Part shown: piece after piece, positions 1-11,190 of the stretch
Position numbering within the stretch: position 1 is the stretch's first letter
Layout: the number at the start of each line of letters is the position of its first letter
NCBI GenBank assembly: GCA_001179505.1
Contig: CDMY01000295.1
Coordinates: 434,001-498,000 of the forward strand
DNA: 64,000 nt
Direction of reading: 5' to 3'
From: Vitrella brassicaformis CCMP3155
Taxonomy: Eukaryota; Protista; Chromerida
Notes under the pieces: model-generated
Told to the model about the DNA's origin: nothing
The model's input: only the letters and a program-made list of their open reading frames with translations
Databases searched by the model: none
Translations under genes and position numbers: made by a program

Positions 1-1581
1 ACTGAGAAAGCCCAAGTCACACGGCTGATCCGTGAAGGTGCTGACCCGAGAGCCAGCGGCGTCGCTCGTGTCCGCGGCACCATGGGAGGAGCCCCGTTCC
101 CGTTCTCGCGATACAGCTGCCTGTCTTTCGCCATCGACAGCCCATCAAACTACCCATTCCTCTACGCCGGGTTCGGCATCCGGCACTGCCCCCCTTATAA
201 GTGGATGCCCGTTCTCTTCCCGCAGTGGCCCTCCCGTCAGCTGCAGCGCGATATCATGGACGCACTCATCGATGGCGGGGCCGACATCAATGCGGGGGGG
301 GATGACAGGCCCATCATGGTGGCGATTCGTGCGGGCAATATGACGGCAGTGGAGGCCCTCCTGGCGCGTCAGGCCAACGTGCGGGGAATTTGGGGCCCGG
401 TGATGCAGCTTCCCTACTTCGGTGGTGCTGCCCCTTCCGCCACTCGTGAATACGAGGACGCCCTCATGTCAATCTATGGCCGGCTCCTCCAACACGACAG
501 CACACTCGCAGCGGAGCGGTCCGGTGGAGACAGTCTGGTGGGTGAGGCAGCCGTGGCCCCCTCCATCTTCTCCCAGCAATTCATCGACCAGTACCTCACC
601 CTCATTACCAGCCACGGAGTCGATATGACGGCAAGAGACCCAGTGGGCTACACGCCACTGCACTTGGAAGCATTCCGTGGCTCCCCCTTCTTGGCTGAGT
701 GGCTGTGCCGCCGGATCACAGCCGATGACGTCAACCGAGGAAGGCCCCCCCAGCCTCATCGGACACCCCTCGCCGCCGCTGCCATTGCTCTCGATCATCT
801 CATCGAAGAGCAGCAGCAACAGGGAGAGTATCGCTCGAGACGGATCGGCGAGCACAAGACCATCACCCGGACGCTGTTGAGGGGTGGGGCAGCCCAGTCC
901 ATCGCCCGCATGCCAACAGCCAGAGAGGTCGACCGCCGTCGCCGTCAGCTGGTGCTCACCGAGTACGCCACAGTGCTGAGTGAGCTGTCCGAGGCCGTCA
1001 TGTCGGCCATCAACGCCGCCCTCGCCCCCCAGCGCGACCACTCGATGCTTCTGGCCCGTCTGCTGCCCCTGGCCCCCCACCACGACGGCGCCCACCCCCA
1101 CCCCTCCCCATCCAACATGGCATTCGGACCACACGAGGCAGAGGCCATCGCATGGAAGATCGGCGCATTCCTGCACGACCCTTCCGCTGCTGTGGCCGCC
1201 ATCGACGAGTACCTCATCGGCGACGCCCAGCTGAGGCGCCGCGTTCGTGCGGCCGTCGGCCACTTCGTCAAGACTGCAGCGACCCGGACGAGCAGCAACA
1301 GGGAGGTGGTGGGAGGCATGGCCAGTGTGGGCGGCGTGATGGTGCGTGTGCCGTTGCAGTGCTTTGCCGTCCGTGGCAGTGGCGGCCGTGTGGTGGGCAT
1401 GACGGGGGTGCGTGAGGTTATCCATCGGGCCCGGCTGGACGAGGCGGTCAGCTGCGGTGTAGTGGGGGTGGTCAAGGGCTTCAACGAGCATCTGGGCGAT
1501 CATGACTGCCAATTCGCGTGCCGGCAGCTGGGGCGCATCGACAGGAAGACCGGCCTGTTTGTGGCGCTGGGCATCGACTGA
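1..1581 (+). CDS. Ankyrin-repeat protein of a lineage-expanded family, intronless, 5'-truncated by the window edge
   Basis: ORF 82..1581 has ankyrin-like motifs (LIDGGADINAGG..RPIMVAIRAGNMTAVEALLARQANV; GYTPLHLEAFRGSPFLAEWLC). The same frame is open from base 1 (TEKAQVTRLIREGADPRASG), so the true start lies upstream. Confidence 0.8.
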   Translation, partial: TEKAQVTRLIREGADPRASGVARVRGTMGGAPFPFSRYSCLSFAIDSPSNYPFLYAGFGIRHCPPYKWMPVLFPQWPSRQLQRDIMDALIDGGADINAGGDDRPIMVAIRAGNMTAVEALLARQANVRGIWGPVMQLPYFGGAAPSATREYEDALMSIYGRLLQHDSTLAAERSGGDSLVGEAAVAPSIFSQQFIDQYLTLITSHGVDMTARDPVGYTPLHLEAFRGSPFLAEWLCRRITADDVNRGRPPQPHRTPLAAAAIALDHLIEEQQQQGEYRSRRIGEHKTITRTLLRGGAAQSIARMPTAREVDRRRRQLVLTEYATVLSELSEAVMSAINAALAPQRDHSMLLARLLPLAPHHDGAHPHPSPSNMAFGPHEAEAIAWKIGAFLHDPSAAVAAIDEYLIGDAQLRRRVRAAVGHFVKTAATRTSSNREVVGGMASVGGVMVRVPLQCFAVRGSGGRVVGMTGVREVIHRARLDEAVSCGVVGVVKGFNEHLGDHDCQFACRQLGRIDRKTGLFVALGID

Positions 1582-4330
1582 CTGAGAGGGGAGGGAGAGG
1601 GCCGCAGAGTGGGGGTGAAGTGGCTGCATGTTTGGGTGCTTTGTGTTGCAGTTCAAGGGCGGTGGGTGTCGCCGCGCTTCGCATGTGCATTCAGACAACC
1701 GTGACTTGATTCATTCAAAGACCTGTGTTTCGTTTGTGTGGCCTGCGAGACATTGAGTGTGTGTCTCGTGCCAGCCAAGCGGCGAGCACTCTGGCAGTGC
1801 GGCGTTGGTTGCTTGAGGCCACGTTGAGCCCTGCTAATGATCGACCCACCTTCGTTTGATCCACACTGACGGGCAGTGAATTACGACCTTCACTGGACAG
1901 CTGGATTGACTGACTCCATTCTATACGCTTGTCATCCCTTAGGTGTGGCAGATGGCCATACTTACTGTGTCTCCCACTTGCACAGACAAACAGAAGGTGA
2001 TGGCATCCATCCATGCCTGTGTCATCGAGTGTCATCCATGTCACACACACAAATATAATGGGCAGCAAGCTGCCACCATTGGCAGTGAATTGAGTCCATT
2101 CACGCTTGTAAGTGAGAAGCCAAGGGCATAAGATGGGTCAATTCAGCTGAGAAGTAGCCACAGGCAGGCAGGCAGGGCACAGGAAATACACTTATTGACC
2201 GCGTCGGGCACATCCCGCCCCCATCGTGATGTCCAACCAGTCAGCCATCCACAGAAACGAATGCACACAGCCAGCGTCTACACAGATGGCATCCGCGCCA
2301 GCGTCAGATCTATACGTGCATCAGACCACTCGTGCTCGTCGTCAACCGCCTGGCTGTCATGCATCGTCAGCCCATAGTGGTTTCTCTCTGTCTGGTCAAT
2401 CCATCGCCCAACTACTGAGCGAAACGAAGCCTCTCTGCGCTCACATGAGATGCTGCCAGCGTGGATGTTTGCTCGAGCACCTCATTCCTCACTCACCGCC
2501 GCTGGCCACAATGGCCTCCCAACATACACCCTGACACCTGCACACACACACACACATGGGCATGAGAGTTTGGCTCGTCTGCCCTCCCATCCCTCCTCAC
2601 GCTTCCCTATGCACTGTGAGCGCGAGGCCGACGAATTGCCATCAACAGCGGGCGCCTCAGCTGACGCGGACCGTCAAGATCGCTCACCCAGACAAAATCG
2701 TATGCCTTCCAATCAGCCAGCTGCTCCCTCCAATTTGACTGACACAAACACACAACACAGAGACACCCCACTGCGGCTGCCTGTCTGTCTGTCTGTCTTT
2801 CTTTCTTTCTTTCCCTCCCTCACCAGTGTGTCATTTTTTGGTGGTCTGACTTCCCCGACGAGGTAACCAAGGAAAGCCTCCTCGTCCTGCAGCAGACGGC
2901 AGAGAGCGCTGTAGCGATCAATCAGTCAGTCAACCACACACGCCAATCAGACAGAAACCATTGAGATGTGTCGGGATTGCCCTCTCCTTTCCCCTTCTCA
3001 TGACTGACCATTCTGTGCTCTGTGCCCCAGCAGTATCCCGCGGGCCGTCTCCCACTCCCTTCTCAGGTTCGGCAACCTCGACAGCTCTGGGTCACAGCCG
3101 CTTGGGCAGCGGCGGCTCCGATGACCCACACACCGTTGTCCATCTCTCCACGCAGCGCCCCCACCGGCATTTTGCGAAGTCGTCTTGCAGGATGCGCTCA
3201 ACGTGCAGCTTCTGTCCCACGACGGGCAGCACCACCGACGCCTCCACGTCTGCCAAGGGCGTCTGACAGGGGATCAGATCCGCGAAGCGGCGGTCGGCGC
3301 GGCTGGGCCGGGGACGCAGCACTCAGATCATCGCCACTCCTCCCACACCTGAGCAGGATACACACGAAGGAATGCACTGCACACGGACCAGCCACAAAGT
3401 GCGTTCTCACCGCGGTGTGGTCAGCCGAGATGAGAAGCCACGTCTGCAGCCTGGCCACAGCGGGTGGTGTCACGGAATCCATATAGATCTTCCACTGTGC
3501 AAGGGGTGACAAATGAGCGCCACCTTGTTCGCATGACAGTCTTCAGCATGCGAAGAGAACTGCCGTCTGTTTCTCGAGATCTTGTTGACGCGGGGGGAGG
3601 GACTCCGAGGGAGTGTCCTTCCCTTCGCCTTTTTCAAAGCTCGCCATCAAGGCGTGAAACTGATGTCAGCCAAACCCAATGCATGCGCACCCTTCCCCAT
3701 CGAACACATGATGAAGAGATTCGGGCACGCTATCGGCCTGCCCACCGACGTGGATGGTGGCAGCGGTGGGAGGAAGAAGAAGGGCTTGAAGGAGCGGGGC
3801 GACCAGGTCATGACTGAGGGGCAGCTGCCGCTTGGGGAGCCGCCCGAGGCCTCAGAGGGCCGACCACCCAGCCGCACTCCGCCGTCAGCTCCCCGCCCCT
3901 CCGTGCGATTCGGCAGCGACAGTCCTCAATCGAGCCAGCCCCTCCCCACGCCTCAGCAGCCCCTGTCGCCCTACGGCCGCCGTCTCGGAGTGAATCTGAC
4001 TCCGACTCCGACTCTTGTCCCGGTTCTGATTCTCGTTCCTCCCCTTCTTTCCCACGGGCCTCCCTGTCATCACACTCTGCCGACCAAGACATTCTGACCC
4101 CTTCCAGTGGACCAGATGATGCACCGCCGCAGCACTCATCTCCCAGTGCGTCCCACGAATCGTCGACCACGGGGGAGCAGCTGGAGAGCCCTACCGTCAA
4201 CCAAAGTCTCCCCCTGGAGCCGGTGGGACGGTCACATGCGAAGTCCGCGAGAACGGAAGAACAAGTGCTGTCGGAATGGAAGAAGGTAAGAGCGACACGG
4301 GTATCAGAGGTGCGAGAATGCATTAAGTCT

Positions 4331-4364
<34 letters not shown>

Positions 4365-4367
4365 CAG

Positions 4368-6000
4368 ATGAAGGAGCGTCTCTTCGAGAATGTACCCCAG
4401 CTCAAGACGGCCGGAAAAGCCGTATCATCGAAGGACTTCATGGATTGTGAGGGTATGAATGTGCTCCTTGCTGGGACGGTCTTTCGCTATGACAGCCGTG
4501 AGGCAAGCTCTGCCCCTAAGTCCCTACTGACAGCCCCACTGACGCTCACCGAGGAGAAAGGACTCGAGGACGTGGCAAGGGAGGGGGACCTCATTTTCAA
4601 GAAGATCGACCGTGGCAACACACAAGTACTGATTCCGAAGCATACAGCAGCTTCCTAGCGCTCATTTGCCGTCGTTGTTGTTGTGTGTGTGTGTGGGGGT
4701 GTGTGTGCAGTCGTCAGTTCCTGAGGTGGTGGTTCATGCGTGGCTGTCGCAGCACGCTCGCAAAGAGGTCAGCCGACTGGCCCCGAAGCTCTATGGCATC
4801 GTCAGCACTGAGGGCACTGAGGGAATGGACCACTGGAGTGTCAGCGGTGAGGCTCCAGACACACACCCGCCAATGCGCCGCGGTGGCCACGGTGCCCATT
4901 CATGTGATGTGGTGGTCACTGTCTGTCTGTCAGAGTGCATCTCTGGTGGCTCACTGAAACTGGATGACCCGAAGCTTCCGGACATGTCTCTGGCTGAGAA
5001 GGCCAATTTCTGCCTTCAGGTCAGTCGGCCGCATCGCACCCTGTCCATCTCGTGCAGCAATGTGTCTCCCTCTCGTTGGGTTTGCTGTGTCTCCCTCTCG
5101 TTGTTGTGGGTGTAGTTGTTGCGTCACGTCGAGGAGCTGCATTCACTGGGCATCGCACACGGCGACCTGTCGCTGGCCAACCTGCTGTTGCGGCGACAAG
5201 GCCACGGCTACGAACTCTTCCTCAACGACTTCGAGACTGCTGGTACGGAGACACGACAGCGATTGGCGTCTTGCCTGGCGTCTCGCACTCGCACACACCG
5301 CCACGCACACTCTACGCCGTCATGGATTCGCTCTGCCTGTTTGTGGCGTGCAGTGGCTGGTTTGGACAAGAAAGGAAAGGAGAAGAGGCTCGAGACATAT
5401 CTGACAAGAGGAAAAGGAGGCACCCCTCAGTTCATGGCCCCCGAGAAGAACCTCATGTCGTCGTTTGCCCGGGCGAGCAGAGAGGAAGACGACACGGGCG
5501 ATGGCGGCAACCAAGACGGCTCGAAGGACCTTGTTTGGTAAGGACGTAATGCGAGCGGGCAGGGGAGACATGATTGCGTGGTCTGCCCACTCAGGTATCC
5601 GCAATGACATATGGTGTTGCGGGGTGATTATCTACACGATCCTCAAGGACGGCAAGGCGCCTTGGTTGGAGCCAGATGGGGACAACGACAAGTTCAGCTT
5701 CTTCGCACAAGAGGTCAGCTCAGAAGCCAGGACAGAGAAACACAGCATTAGTGTTTGACGTACCTATGTGTGTGCATCCGTGCAGCACAAGTACAACTTG
5801 GTCAGCTATGCAGAGGCCGTCTACAACAGACGATGCCTCTCTGCAATGGAAAGAGAAATCATCAGTAAGTACTCATGTGGGCACCCGACGGACGGATGAG
5901 ATCGACGAGATGTGCTTCTGCTCCACACACAATTACTCTTCTGTTCCTCTCTGTGCGCAGAGGCCGCCGGCAGTGCGCTGGCCAAAGACCCAATGCAGCG
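4368..6000 (+). pseudogene. Ser/Thr protein kinase domain, unit A (probably frameshifted)
   Basis: Exons 4368-4625, 4711-4846, 4934-5019, 5116-5242 and 5354-5537 give LIFKK, PEV, HGDLSLANLLL, NDFETA and GTPQFMAPE. Later exons give NDIWCCGVIIY and DPMQRPS. The natural acceptor at 5594 leads to TGA at 5605-5607. Confidence 0.7.
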
Positions 6001-6669
6001 CCCTTCCATCAGAGACATGGTGAACGATTTCAAAGATGCCATCGGCCTGACCACCGACCTGGATGGTGGCAGCGGCCAGAGGCAGAAGAATGGCTCGGAG
6101 GAGCGGGGCGACCAGGCCATGACTGAGGGGCAGCTGCCGCTTGGGGAGCCGCTCGAGGCCTCAGAGGGCCGACCACTCAGCCGCACTCCGCCGTCAGCTC
6201 CCCGCCCCGCCCTGGGATTCGACAGCGACAGTCCTCAATCGAGCCAGCCCCTCCCCACGCCTCAGCAGCCCCTGTCACCCCTACGGCCGCCGTCTCGGAG
6301 TGAATCTGACTCCGACTCCGACTCTTGTCCCGGTTCTGATTCTCGTTCCTCCCCTTCTTTCCCACGGGCCTCCCTGTCATCACACTCTGCCGACCAAGAC
6401 ATTCTGACCCCTTCCAGTGGACCAGATGATGCACCGCCGCAGCACTCATCTCCCAGTGCGTCCCACGAATCGTCGACCACGGGGGAGCAGCTGGAGAGCC
6501 CTACCGTCAACCAAAGTCTCCCCCTGGAGCCGGTGGGACGGTCACATGCGAAGCCCGCGAGAACGGAAGAACAAGTGCTGTCGGAATGGAAGAAGGTAAG
6601 AGCGACACGGGTATCAGAGGTGCGAGAATGCATTAAGTCTTGTTTGTCTGTCTGTCTGTCTGTCTGCAG

Positions 6670-8886
6670 ATGAATAAGCGTCTCTTCGAGAATGTACCAC
6701 CCGGGCTCAAGACGAAGGCCGGCGAGCGGGTGTCATCGGGCTACATGAAGGGCATGAAGGGCATGGAGGAGCTCCTTGCTGGGACGGTTTACTGCTACGA
6801 CAGCCATGAGGCAAGCTCTGCCTCTGATTCCCTACTGAGAGCCCCACTGACGCTCACCGAGGAGAAACAACTCGAGGATGTGGCGGGAAAGGGAGCTCTC
6901 ATTTTCAAGAAGATCGACCGTGGCAGCACACAAGTACTGATTTCGAAGCATACAGCAGCCTCCTGGCGCTCATTTGCCGTTGTTGTGTGGGTGTGTGTGC
7001 AGTCGTCAGTTCCTGAGGTGGTGATTCATGCGTGGCTATCACAGCACGCTCGCCAAGAGGTCAGCCGACTGGCCCTGAAGCTGTATGGCGTCGTCAGCAC
7101 TGAGGGCACTGAGGGGGGAGAACAATGGAGTGTCAGCGGTGAGCTCCAGACACACACCCGCCAATGCGCCGCGGTGGCCATCATGCCCTTTTATTTGTTG
7201 GTCGATGTCCGTCTGTCAGAGTTCATCTCTCCTGGCTCACTGGGTGAAGGTGTTGCGCGGGATATGCTTAGGCTGATGTCTCTGGCTGAGAAGGCCAATC
7301 TCTGCCTTCAGGTCAGTCCGCCGCACCGCACCCTGTCCATCTCGTGCTTCAATGTGTCTCATTCTCGTTGCGTTTGCTGTGTCACCTTCCCGTTGTTATG
7401 GGTGCGTGTGCAGTTGTTGCATCACGTCAAGGAGCTGCATTCACTGGGCATCGCACACGGCGACCTCTCGCTGGCCAACCTGCTGTTGCGGCGACAAGGC
7501 AACGGCTACGAACTACTCCTCAACGACTTCGAGACTGCTGGTACGGAGACACTTCAGCGATTGGCGTCTTGCCTGGCGTCTCGCACTCGCACACACCGCC
7601 ACGCACACTCTACGCCGTCATGGATTCGCTCGGCCTGTTTGTGGCGTGCAGTGGCTGGTTCGGACAAGAAAGGAAAGGAGAAGTGGCTCAACTGTGGAAT
7701 AGGAGGAAAAGAAGCCACTTAGCCGTTCATGGCCCCAGAGAGGTACCACATCACCTATTCGACGGCCCAGCGGGGCAAAGACCAAAACGGCACGGGCGAT
7801 TTCGTCAACCAACACGGCTCGAAGGACCTCATATGGTAAGGACCTAATGCACAAGTGTGTGTGCTGAGCGGCAGGGGAGACATGAATGTGTGCGTCGTTT
7901 ACAGGAGTCCATTTCGCAATGACATATGGGCTTGCGGGGTGCTTATCTACACGATCCTCAAGGACCGCAACGAGCCGTGGGACATGCCAGACGCCGAGAC
8001 CAGCGTCAATTTCAAGATCTTCGCCCACATGGTCAGCTAAGATTGCCAGGACAAAGAAACAAAAAATAGGTGAGTGATTTATGTGTGTGTGCATCTGTGC
8101 AGAATCAGTACAGCTTGGTCAGCTATGCAGGGGCCGTCTCTGAAATGGAAACAAAAGTCCTCGGTGAGTACTCATGCGGGCAGCCAACCGGGTCGACTCC
8201 ACACACCATTACTCTTCTGTTCCTCTCTGCGCGCAGATGTCGCCGGCAGTGCGCTGGCCAAAGACCCAATGCAGCGCCCTTCCATGGAAGAGATGGTGGA
8301 GAAGTTCAAGCAGGCTATCGGCCTGCCCGCCGACGTGGATGGCGGCAGCGGTGGGAGGCAGAAGGAGGGCTCGAAGGAGCGGGGCGACCAGGTCATGACT
8401 GGGCAGCTGCCACTTGGGGAGCCGCCCGAGGCCTCAGAGGGCCGACCACCCAGCCGCACTCCGCCGTCAGCTCCCCGCCCCTCCGTGGGATTCGGCAGCG
8501 ACAGTCCCCAATCAAGCCAGCCCCTCCCCACGGCCCAGCAGCCCCTGTCGCCCAGGCAGCCGCCGTCTCCGAGTGAGTCGCGCGCCATGCAGCCGGCTCA
8601 CGAGACGCCACCTGACGGACCAGATGGTGCACCGCGGCAGCCCTCACCTCTCCGTGCGCGTCTCTGTCGTGTCCGCGAGGTGACAGGCTCAGAGGGCTTC
8701 CTGCAGTCAACCGCCAGCTCAAGACTGAAGGAAGTCCAGCGACAGCCGCTTTTGCCACCAGCGCGTCTCCGTCGCCTGCGCTGGGTGACAGGCAACGAGA
8801 GCTTCCTAGTCCACGGCCAGCTCAAGACTGAAGGAAGTTCAGCGACGTGTGCGGGGCTGAGAGGTCGTGACTGTGCTTTATGGTGA
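6670..8886 (+). pseudogene. Ser/Thr protein kinase domain, unit B, with an in-frame TAG before the APE motif
   Basis: Same exon pattern as unit A (HGDLSLAN, NDFETA, NDIWACGVLIY, DPMQRPS). The sequence reads GCC ACT TAG CCG TTC ATG GCC CCA GAG, with TAG at 7720-7722. Confidence 0.75.
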
Positions 8887-9101
8887 CGGCTTTTGATTTA
8901 GCGGGGTGGAACGACTAATCGGATTTGGGAGGGACATGATGGTTTAGCTGTAAGTGCTGTGATAGCATGACATGACAGCAATGGACTCGATTGATTGAAT
9001 GCACTCTACATACCAACATGCATGGGATGACTACATGAACACACGCCAATCCGTGCTCACAGCCACGATAAATGTCCGTCAGTACGCACACACATGCCTT
9101 C

Positions 9102-10975
9102 CTACCAGCCATCCAGCCCTCCCTGCCCCGGCACGACGGCGGCCCTGAGCTCCTCCAAACGAGCTGATCTCTCACTTAGGTTATCCTCAGACGCAATAGG
9201 CACAGCCATCTTCGGCTCAGCCGGTGTCTCATCAGCGGCCTCTGTTGGCGTGTCGTGCTGTGGTGGTCTTCTTGGCAGGGGCGGTGGGATCTCGAGTGTG
9301 ACTTTGCCGAGGCGGCCCTTCTGGAAGTCGCTCAGCAGCCGACCGGCGGCAGAGTTGATGTCGCCACTGAAACACTTGAAGGCCAGCTGCAAAGCCGGAG
9401 AGCGAAGGCACCATGTGTGTGGGGTCTCTCTGTGTATCGTCCACCCAAACTCACCTGGTTCATGTAGAATTCGCCCGTGGCGTTGGCTGAGTCGGTGCCC
9501 CAGTAGTGGGGGTCCACGCCATACCGCCGCCGCAGATTCTCTACCGGCACATACGACGGCCGCCTCTTCCACGCCTGCAGCAGCTCATCGACCAGCGCCA
9601 CGCCCGCCTCGTGGACGTCATAGGCCGCCTGCGAAATGTCGTTGCACATGGCGAGACGCCACGCAGCCGACTGGTCCTCCTGGTTGGCCGGTATAATTCC
9701 TGGCGTGTCGAGCAGCTCCACTTGCTTCTCGACAGGCCCAGTTGTCTCACGGTCGCGCAGACGAACCCACTGCACACCCACCACACCCACACAGGCCAGA
9801 CGAGTGTGGCTTCATGTGCCTGCCTCCCTCCTCCCTCTGTCTGTCTGTCTGTCTGTCCATCTCTTCCTCCCTCTCACCCACCGATATCTGCCTGGTGACG
9901 CCCGGCATGTTGTAGCTCTTGGTCTTCTTCCGCCCAATCAGCCGATTGATGAGGGCCGACTTGCCCACATTGGGGTACCCGATAACCAGCGCCCTCACAG
10001 CCCGCGGCCGCAGCCCCTTGCGCTCCCTCTTGGCGTTGACGGCCTCGCCCACCTTGACCAGTGCCTTCTGGATGCGCGGGATCCCCCTGCCGCCCTCACG
10101 CGCATTGACGGGCACCACAGGCACGGCAGGCAGGGGAGAAGCACCGCCGCCGTTAGTGCTGTTATGGATTCGGCTGTCCCGGGCCGCTGATACCTGAGGA
10201 CAAAGGCAGGCAAGAATGAAGGCGGTTTTACGCGAAATCCTCACTACGCTGGACGACCTTGAGGTATCGCTCCCAGTCTTGCAGGGCTTCCTTTGCCACG
10301 AGGTCGCATCTGTTGAGGACGATGATCCTGGGTCTGTTGCCGACCCACAAGGGCACCATTGGGTGGCCCGTGGCCAGTGGGATCCGGGCGTCCCGCACTT
10401 CAATGACCACATCCACCAGACGGATGTACTCGAGCAGCTGACGCTGCGCCTTGGCAATGTGACCCGGATACCTACACATAGACAAACGAAGCGAAACACA
10501 TGAGGGTGACAGATGCCGAGATGCCCCCGTGCAGTGTCTGCGCTGCGTACCAGTTGATTTTCTTCCGCCTCCGTCTGTGGTCTTGCATCAAGTCATCCAC
10601 ACTCCCTCGCCGCCCCATCCCTCCCGGCCTCTCAGCCACCACCACTTCATCGCGAACAGCAGGCAGCGCTTGTGACAAGAAGCGCCTGGATGCTGGCCCG
10701 ATGTTGCGGTTGCGACGCAGATTGATGCGCTCGCGATAGTAGTGATTGTGCTGGACGGGAGGGAGGACGAAAGCAGAGGCCGAAGTCCGCCTTTTCCATC
10801 GATGTCTGTCGATGACGGCATGGCTGACAGATCCATCGGAGTGCCGCAGAGGGGGATAGAGGGGTGATGCTGAGCTGCTCAAAGCCGCCTGAGTGGGAGT
10901 CATTGACTCGAGGAAAGGCAGCAGTAGGGCGATGATTGTTCGCCATGGATGCAGCAGATCTGCCAACGCTGTCAT
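9102..10975 (-). CDS. rbgA: RbgA/YlqF-family circularly permuted ribosome-biogenesis GTPase, probably plastid-targeted
   Basis: Spliced motifs: WYPGHIAKA, DVVIEVRDARIP, VLNRCDL, VIGYPNVGKSALINRL, PGVTRQ, LLDTPGII, LLSDFQKGRLGKVTLE. The N-terminal extension is hydrophobic and then basic. Confidence 0.9.
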
Positions 10976-11190
10976 CTTGCCGCTGTCGACATGTTTAAGC
11001 TCGCATGTAGGGTGCTCCCTGAAGACCACTGTTAAACGACACACGGCTCCGGGGAAACCGTCAAGTCAGCTCTTCTCCTTGTGAGAGCCCGTGTGTCTTC
11101 TCTCCTCCTTTGGCCTGACGTGAACACAAGCCCGCGCCCGAAGCTGGGCTGATCAGATCTGAGGCTCACAGCCGCTGGTTGTGTGTGAAG

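Larger units (their letters stand above)
3668..8886 (+). repeat. Tandem array of ~2.3 kb units (Ser/Pro-rich linker + spliced protein-kinase domain): a relic kinase tail, two full kinase domains and three linkers
   Basis: Homologous anchor GC(T/C)ATCGGCCTG..CCGAC.TGGATGG.GGCAGCGG recurs near 3729, 6038 and 8313. Intron positions are shared between the two kinase units. Confidence 0.9.

Noticed and set aside
469-1698. Long antisense ORFs (e.g. 469..1698, 15829..17196, 18280..19917)
   Set aside because: These are shadow ORFs expected opposite GC-rich coding sequence; they have no motifs and often run through microsatellites.
2960-3660. Possible minus-strand gene relic (..VGQKLHVERILQDDFAK.., ..WKIYMDSVTPPAVARLQTWLL..)
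   Set aside because: The fragments contain stops, I could not join them convincingly, and no family is recognisable.
5538-5562. 25-nt intron that would rescue the frame of kinase unit A
   Set aside because: The homologous intron in unit B uses the downstream acceptor, so a small deletion or frameshift is the simpler explanation.
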